From Candidatus Bathyarchaeia archaeon (GTDB lineage Archaea; Thermoproteota; Bathyarchaeia; 40CM-2-53-6): DNA of 64,000 nt. Position numbers and translations under genes: made by a program. Of the stretch, positions 58,880-64,000 are shown piece by piece (position 1 is the stretch's first letter; every line of letters begins with the position of its first letter). The notes under the pieces are model-generated. The model saw only the letters and a list, made by a program, of their open reading frames with translations, did not search any database and was not told where the DNA came from. The stretch is from positions 640,001-704,000 of the forward strand of contig JBEKFP010000002.1 of assembly GCA_050013255.1 (NCBI GenBank), read 5' to 3'.

Positions 58880-58994
58880 CCCTCTTTCGACGCTCCTCGT
58901 TTCTAAGCAGGAGTTTCATTAGCAAACGCGCAACATTCAAACCTAAATATCAGTGCAAGAGATTTGCACTACTCAAAATCCGTGGTAGTCTGTA

Positions 58995-59228
58995 GTGCAA
59001 TCATGCGCGCTGCGTTTCGCACCCAAATTGTCCGCTTTGGTTGGACTGTGTCTCTTCTTCTTCTCGATACCATTCGCTTTCGCTCAGTCCTCGCAAGTTG
59101 AGATGGAATGGGCGCTGTTTAACCAGATTCTGATAATAGGAATAATTGTAGGCGTAGTAGTGTTTGGCCTTCTGTTTTACGCCATTATCAGGTTCAGAGA
59201 GAAAACGCGTGAGGCTGGTGCGAAGTGA
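58995..59228 (+). CDS. Heme-copper oxidase subunit II N-terminal (signal + TM1) as a separate gene
   Basis: Signal peptide, then LFNQILIIGIIVGVVVFGLLFYAIIRFRE, typical of COX2 helix I. Confidence 0.7.
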   Translation: MQSCALRFAPKLSALVGLCLFFFSIPFAFAQSSQVEMEWALFNQILIIGIIVGVVVFGLLFYAIIRFREKTREAGAK

Positions 59229-59704
59229 TGGTTTCGAAAACACATGCCATAGAAATTCTCTCAATCATTGTCACTTCTGCGGTCTTAGCCTACATAGGTG
59301 TGGTCGCCGGTATTTCGCTGATGGCAGTGGACACTCCACCCCAACAGGAAGAGGCACTCCATGTGAAGGTTATCGCGCGCCAGTTCTATTGGACGTTTCA
59401 ATATGCGCCCGGTAGCTCGATCACATTCCCCAACGGAACAACCATTGAATACCCCAATGGAACCTCCATACAGAACACACTCTATGTTAAGGCTGGACAA
59501 GTAGTAGACTTAGAGGTAGTTTCCGGCGATGTTGCGCACAGCTTCTTCATCCCCCAGTTGGGAGTCCACATTGATGCCATCCCAGGGCACGATAACCATT
59601 ACTGGCTGAGAGCAGACAGCCCTGGGCAGTACCTTATTGAATGTACCCAGTTCTGTGGCACAGGACACTACACAATGATAGGCCAACTAGTCGCAGTCGC
59701 ATAG
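59225..59704 (+). CDS. coxB: Heme-copper oxidase subunit II, TM2 plus CuA domain
   Basis: ARQFYWTF, DVAHSF, DAIPG, CTQFCGTGHYTM. Confidence 0.92.
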   Translation: MMVSKTHAIEILSIIVTSAVLAYIGVVAGISLMAVDTPPQQEEALHVKVIARQFYWTFQYAPGSSITFPNGTTIEYPNGTSIQNTLYVKAGQVVDLEVVSGDVAHSFFIPQLGVHIDAIPGHDNHYWLRADSPGQYLIECTQFCGTGHYTMIGQLVAVA

Positions 59705-59720
59705 CGGAGTTTAATGAGCT

Positions 59721-61208
59721 TTGCAGGTCGCAGTTGAAGAGAAACCGAAACAAACACCAGCATTCTATTCAAGCTTGAAAGGAATCCTCACAACCACACA
59801 CCACACGGACATTGGGATTCTATACATTTGCACTTCATTCTTCTTCTTCCTCCTGGGCGGCGTCGCGGCGCTGCTTATCAGAACCCAACTGGCCGAACCA
59901 GGAAACGCGATTGTGACACCTGAGATATACGACAGCCTCTTCACAACCCACGGCACAACGATGATCTTCCTTTGGGTAATCCCCTGCCTCGTAGGGTTCG
60001 GAAACTACTTGGTGCCCAAACTAATCGGTGCTAAGGACATGTACTTCCCCAGATTGAACGCGCTTAGCTTCTGGCTGCTTCCCGTCGGCGGTGCTCTGAT
60101 CTGGGCTGGGTTGCCTGACGCCGGTTGGAGCGGTTATGCACCTCTGTCAGTTTATTCCCCTGGTTACGGGATTGACCTCTGGCTTCTGGGCCTCACCGTG
60201 CTAGGCGTCTCCTCAATCCTGGGCGCCGTAAATTTCATAGTCACAATCTACAGGCTCCGCGGCCCCGGCGTCATGTTCAGAAATATGTCGCTTTTCGTTT
60301 GGATGGTTCTGGTTAACTCCTTCTTGATTATTGGCGCGACCCCTGTCCTCTCAGCCGCGTTGGTTATGCTTCTTTTCGACCGAAACCTGGGGACAGGATT
60401 TTTCCTACCTAAATTAGGTGGTGATCCGCTTATGTGGCAACACATGTTCTGGTTCTTCGGCCACCCCGAAGTATACATAATGATAATTCCCGCATTCGGC
60501 CTCATATCCGAAATTATCCCAATAATGTGTCACAAGAAAATATTCGGCTATGGAATGATCGCCGGGTCCGGAATAATGATAGGTGTTTTCGGTTTCGGCG
60601 TGTGGGCTCACCACATGTTCACATCGGGATTATCGATAACTGCCAGATTCCCCTTCATGGCAATGACTCTCGCTATTGCCGTCCCGTCTGGAATCAAGGT
60701 GTTCAACTGGATCGGTACCATGCTGGGAGGACGTATCAGTCTCAAGGTGCCGATGAAATATGCAATAGCATTCATCTCTACTTTCTTCTTCGCCGGTGCC
60801 ACAGGCGTCTTTCAAGCAGCGATCCCTGTGGACTACTTACTTCATGACACCTACTGGGTTGTCGGCCACCTACACTTGATGCTCTTGGGCGCTTCAACTC
60901 AGGCCATTTTCGCTGCATTGTACTTCTACTTCCCCTACATGTCGGGGAGAATGTACAATGAGAGATGGGGAAACATTCAATTCGTCATAACGGAAGTCGG
61001 CATTTACATGCTCTTCTCAATGATGTTACTTCTCGGGTTGGAGGGAATGCCCCGGCGGTGGTACACCTACCCAATCCAATACGCAACGCCGAACCTTCTA
61101 GCTAGCGTGTCGGGTTTCCTTATAGGAATAGGCGTAATCATTATGGTGGCTAACCTGGTTTTCAGTTGGCTTCGCGGGCCACGAGTAACCGGTGATCCAT
61201 GGCCTTGA
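59721..61208 (+). CDS. coxA: Heme-copper oxidase subunit I, A1 type
   Basis: HGTTM, DMYFPRLN, GHPEVY, WAHHMF, GIKVF, GHLH, MPRR. Confidence 0.97.
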   Translation: MQVAVEEKPKQTPAFYSSLKGILTTTHHTDIGILYICTSFFFFLLGGVAALLIRTQLAEPGNAIVTPEIYDSLFTTHGTTMIFLWVIPCLVGFGNYLVPKLIGAKDMYFPRLNALSFWLLPVGGALIWAGLPDAGWSGYAPLSVYSPGYGIDLWLLGLTVLGVSSILGAVNFIVTIYRLRGPGVMFRNMSLFVWMVLVNSFLIIGATPVLSAALVMLLFDRNLGTGFFLPKLGGDPLMWQHMFWFFGHPEVYIMIIPAFGLISEIIPIMCHKKIFGYGMIAGSGIMIGVFGFGVWAHHMFTSGLSITARFPFMAMTLAIAVPSGIKVFNWIGTMLGGRISLKVPMKYAIAFISTFFFAGATGVFQAAIPVDYLLHDTYWVVGHLHLMLLGASTQAIFAALYFYFPYMSGRMYNERWGNIQFVITEVGIYMLFSMMLLLGLEGMPRRWYTYPIQYATPNLLASVSGFLIGIGVIIMVANLVFSWLRGPRVTGDPWP

Positions 61209-61660
61209 GGCTCACACCCTTTCGCGGCTTATCGCTAGTAACAGCAGTCTCCGTGTACATCCTAATCGTAATCGGCGGAGTGGTATCTTCCACGGGTTCC
61301 GGACTAGCATGCCCCGATTGGCCCTTATGCAGAGGCCAAGTAGTTCCCACGCTGACGCTTAGCGTACTGATCGAGTTCACACATAGAGTTTGGACGATTG
61401 TCGTTACTATCTTAGTTGTAGCGACGCTGCTCTTTGCTTGGAGCAAGTACCGCTGGCCCAGCAAGCTGACAAAACTCTCGACATTAACTTTCGGCTTGCT
61501 GCTCTGCCAAATAATTCTCGGGATGATAACTGTAAACACGGGGACACTTCCGGCAGCTGTCACGGCGCACCTTGCTGTAGCGACGTTAGTGTTCGCTAGC
61601 GCGTTGACAACAACTGTCACCGCCACGTTATCCGATTCCAGAGGGATGGTTGCTGCATGA
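61199..61660 (+). CDS. ctaA: Half-size heme A synthase (COX15/CtaA)
   Basis: GLACPDWPLC, EFTHR, TAHL; only about 4 TMs. Confidence 0.85.
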   Translation: MALRLTPFRGLSLVTAVSVYILIVIGGVVSSTGSGLACPDWPLCRGQVVPTLTLSVLIEFTHRVWTIVVTILVVATLLFAWSKYRWPSKLTKLSTLTFGLLLCQIILGMITVNTGTLPAAVTAHLAVATLVFASALTTTVTATLSDSRGMVAA

Positions 61661-61746
61661 CTAAGGAGCAGGTTGTTGTGATCGCATTTACGATAACAGC
61701 AATCGCTGTGGTGTCGGTTATTCTGCGTGCGCTCTTGACGAGGTAG
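61657..61746 (+). CDS. Putative 29-aa single-TM peptide
   Basis: MTKEQVVVIAFTITAIAVVSVILRALLTR; ATGA-coupled to the ctaA stop. Confidence 0.5.
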   Translation: MTKEQVVVIAFTITAIAVVSVILRALLTR

Positions 61747-61752
61747 CTGAGG

Positions 61753-62646
61753 CTAGCTCGAAGCGGAAGGAACGCTTTCCGCTGAGCTTGCTAGCAAGGC
61801 CAGCAACTCTCTCATTGAATCAACTGAAAGATGCAAAATCCCGATCCTTACATCCACGCCGTTCTTTACATTGCCTTCCAGCAGCTTCCTGCTCAACTCA
61901 TATGGTCCAGCCAAATACACTGAGCGCATTCCTTTCCTATCCTCCCTCCAAGCTGTAACGCCTTCTCGTTCCATTCGGAACATATCGTAAATCTCGTCGG
62001 ACAGATGACGTTCGTATTCACCGCTCGACGACCTCGTAAAGTCTCCCACTTGCATTTCCAAGGACTCCGGTAATGTCGGGTTGGACGCGGTAGGGACTTT
62101 TACTAGCGGCGTTACATTTTCTTGGTAGAGTTTGGGCTGGGCGAGAGGAACAGACAACTTAGCTTCCTCTTGTGAACCAAGCCGGCCTATTGAACCGAAT
62201 ATTGTGTACGATAGTACGCCGAAGGTTACGAGCAGGATTTCAACCCACCAGCGTGCTTCGTTGTATGTGGAACGGATGAATACTTGAAGGACTAGGTCCG
62301 CGGCAGAGAACAGGCCGAGAACTGTGAAGGAATACCCAATATACTCTATGTTTCTGTAGAAGCTTGATTTCGGAGGCGTTTCTTCTTCCACAATTGTCTC
62401 GACACCCACATCCGGCCGTGTCAAAGTGGACGGGGCAATTGGCGGCGCTACTGAAACAGGTCTAAGCAAATAATACAGTGAAGCGAAAACTGCAACCGAC
62501 CCTCCGGCAATGAGGTTGGCTCCGAGGAATTGCGAAGTGAGCTGCCGTGCTCCTGGAAAACCCCCGGCAACGAAACTGAAACCATAGTCAATCAAAACAA
62601 AGCCGCAGGCGAAGCCAAGAAACTCGTAGATCCGACGGGAAACCAA
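61753..62646 (-). CDS. Hypothetical membrane protein (4 TM plus soluble C-domain)
   Basis: 297-aa ORF with hydrophobic segments. Confidence 0.7.
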   Translation of the reverse strand: MVSRRIYEFLGFACGFVLIDYGFSFVAGGFPGARQLTSQFLGANLIAGGSVAVFASLYYLLRPVSVAPPIAPSTLTRPDVGVETIVEEETPPKSSFYRNIEYIGYSFTVLGLFSAADLVLQVFIRSTYNEARWWVEILLVTFGVLSYTIFGSIGRLGSQEEAKLSVPLAQPKLYQENVTPLVKVPTASNPTLPESLEMQVGDFTRSSSGEYERHLSDEIYDMFRMEREGVTAWREDRKGMRSVYLAGPYELSRKLLEGNVKNGVDVRIGILHLSVDSMRELLALLASSAESVPSASS

Positions 62647-62771
62647 GGATATTCGAGCTTTGCGAAAAGTAAACGGTAGCTAATAAGAATACGATTTGAG
62701 CGGGCTGTATTGATTCGGCAGGCCTTTACCGAAAATTTATATTTCATGCAGCTGGGCTGGGCGGAGGGCTC

Positions 62772-63626
62772 ATGAAAATGGGAACCGACGCGGAGACTTC
62801 GCCGGCGCAGTTAGAAGGACATGTTCCAGAGTATTTGGAACACAGCGCCTGGCCGGTACTCATCGCCCTTGCGACCGGGGTGGCACTTACTGGCCTCTTC
62901 TTCCTATTCAAAGGGCTTGTCTTGTTAGCGGGGATCCTGATGATGTTATCATTCGGTGCGGTTCTTGTGGGGTTTCTTTACAGCGAGACCAAGAACTGGG
63001 CCTCTGCAATTAGCAAATCTCTGCCCCGGCTCCCGCGAGACACGGTCCTCGGGCCGTTCCCAGTCGACATTAGCCTGACTATCCAAATCATCATTCTAAC
63101 GGAGCTTCTTCTTTTCGGAGGCGCGTTTGGAATGTATTTCGCCATCAGACTACAATTCCCCTTCTGGCCCCCTGCTGGGGCACCAATCTTGGACGACTTC
63201 ATCGCACGCATCCAGACCCTCATATTGATCTCAAGCAGCGTTCTTGTGGAATGGGCGGTTTGGCAGCTGAAGCTGGGCAGGCAGAGAGCCTTCAAAGCGG
63301 GAATTCTCGGAACCACGATTCTAGGGAGCCTTTTCCCTATTCTCCAATTCGGCTTCGAATGGCCGCACTTGATACTCAACCACATACTAACCCCGGCAAC
63401 CGGATTCTTCGGAGCAACCTTCTTTCTACTAACGGGAATTCACGGGGCGCACGTAGTCGCGGGCGTAATCGCATATGTCTATACTGACATTCGTGCGTTC
63501 ATGGGGCAATATTCCCCGAAGAACCATGGCTTTGTTGAGGCTACCTCAACCTACTGGCATTTTGTACATATAATCTGGCTCGTCCTCTTCGCATTGATGT
63601 GGCAGGGGAGTCGACTCTTAGGTTGA
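62772..63626 (+). CDS. coxC: Heme-copper oxidase subunit III
   Basis: HSAWP, TELLLFG, LTGIHGAHV, YWHFVHIIW. Confidence 0.92.
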   Translation: MKMGTDAETSPAQLEGHVPEYLEHSAWPVLIALATGVALTGLFFLFKGLVLLAGILMMLSFGAVLVGFLYSETKNWASAISKSLPRLPRDTVLGPFPVDISLTIQIIILTELLLFGGAFGMYFAIRLQFPFWPPAGAPILDDFIARIQTLILISSSVLVEWAVWQLKLGRQRAFKAGILGTTILGSLFPILQFGFEWPHLILNHILTPATGFFGATFFLLTGIHGAHVVAGVIAYVYTDIRAFMGQYSPKNHGFVEATSTYWHFVHIIWLVLFALMWQGSRLLG

Positions 63627-64000
63627 AGCTAGAGGACTTCGGGACGTTCGTAATTTTTACCGCTATCTACGCTGCAGGCACTTTGGGGCTTCCGAAAATT
63701 CCACTACTCGCATATCAGATTAAGATCGGGGAAATGCCAAGCGCTTTTGTTGCGATTTTCGGTATGCCAGCTGTTTTCGGATTGACGCTCGGCCAATTCG
63801 TAGCAAACCTTGGTGTGGAAGCATCGCCGATCGCATCTCTATCCCCGCTGTTCTCGTTCATTGGTCTACTGATAATCTATTACGCCCGCAAATTCAGCAC
63901 TCTTGCAGGTTGCATGGCCTACGTAACCATAACCTCGCTTTGGCTAACCTTCCTATTGCCAATGAATTCCGGCATATCGATGACCGAGGCCGGCTACTCA
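63623..64000 (+). CDS. QueT family transporter, partial (runs off the right edge)
   Basis: Manual translation from TTG: ...TAIYAAGT...QIKIGE...AVFGLTLGQFVANL. Confidence 0.7.
   Translation, partial: MKLEDFGTFVIFTAIYAAGTLGLPKIPLLAYQIKIGEMPSAFVAIFGMPAVFGLTLGQFVANLGVEASPIASLSPLFSFIGLLIIYYARKFSTLAGCMAYVTITSLWLTFLLPMNSGISMTEAGYS

Noticed and set aside
1-64000. CRISPR arrays, IS elements, prophage, Sec/Pyl recoding
   Set aside because: I saw no repeat-spacer periodicity, transposase, integrase, or in-frame stop within a conserved gene; aRF1 motifs are canonical.

Overview
Archaeal chromosomal segment from the TACK group. Bathyarchaeia is plausible but is an inference from EF-1alpha, aRF1, DnaG, PolB3, DUF1512, the stand-alone 5S rRNA, the multi-intron tRNA and frequent TTG/GTG starts. 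The left half is mostly housekeeping: DinG-like helicase, thiolase/DUF35, 5S rRNA, map, a trpS-pheS-pheT-tyrS cluster, bacterial-type GAPDH, dnaG, polB, rps11, glyA, aRF1, pyrH, SRP RNA and rps7-EF1alpha-rps10. The right half is more accessory: DoxD+Rieske, tRNA-Leu, kdpABC, a divergent pst/phoU locus, a SQR-like flavoprotein and an A1-type heme-copper oxidase cluster. I saw no CRISPR array or intact mobile element. The strongest observations are: (1) a tRNA-Leu(CAA) broken by three BHB introns with a 7-nt anticodon exon; (2) a PolB3-like polymerase with intact polymerase motifs but a degenerate proofreading exonuclease; (3) several unexplained structured intergenic RNAs, two of them inside the aromatic aaRS cluster; (4) a LAGLIDADG fragment fused to a duplicated gene 3' end; (5) a probable CTG start for rps11; (6) an aerobic respiratory module with a split subunit II and half-size assembly factors, plus a DoxD-Rieske pair. 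All calls come from reading motifs by eye; no searches or folding programs were run.
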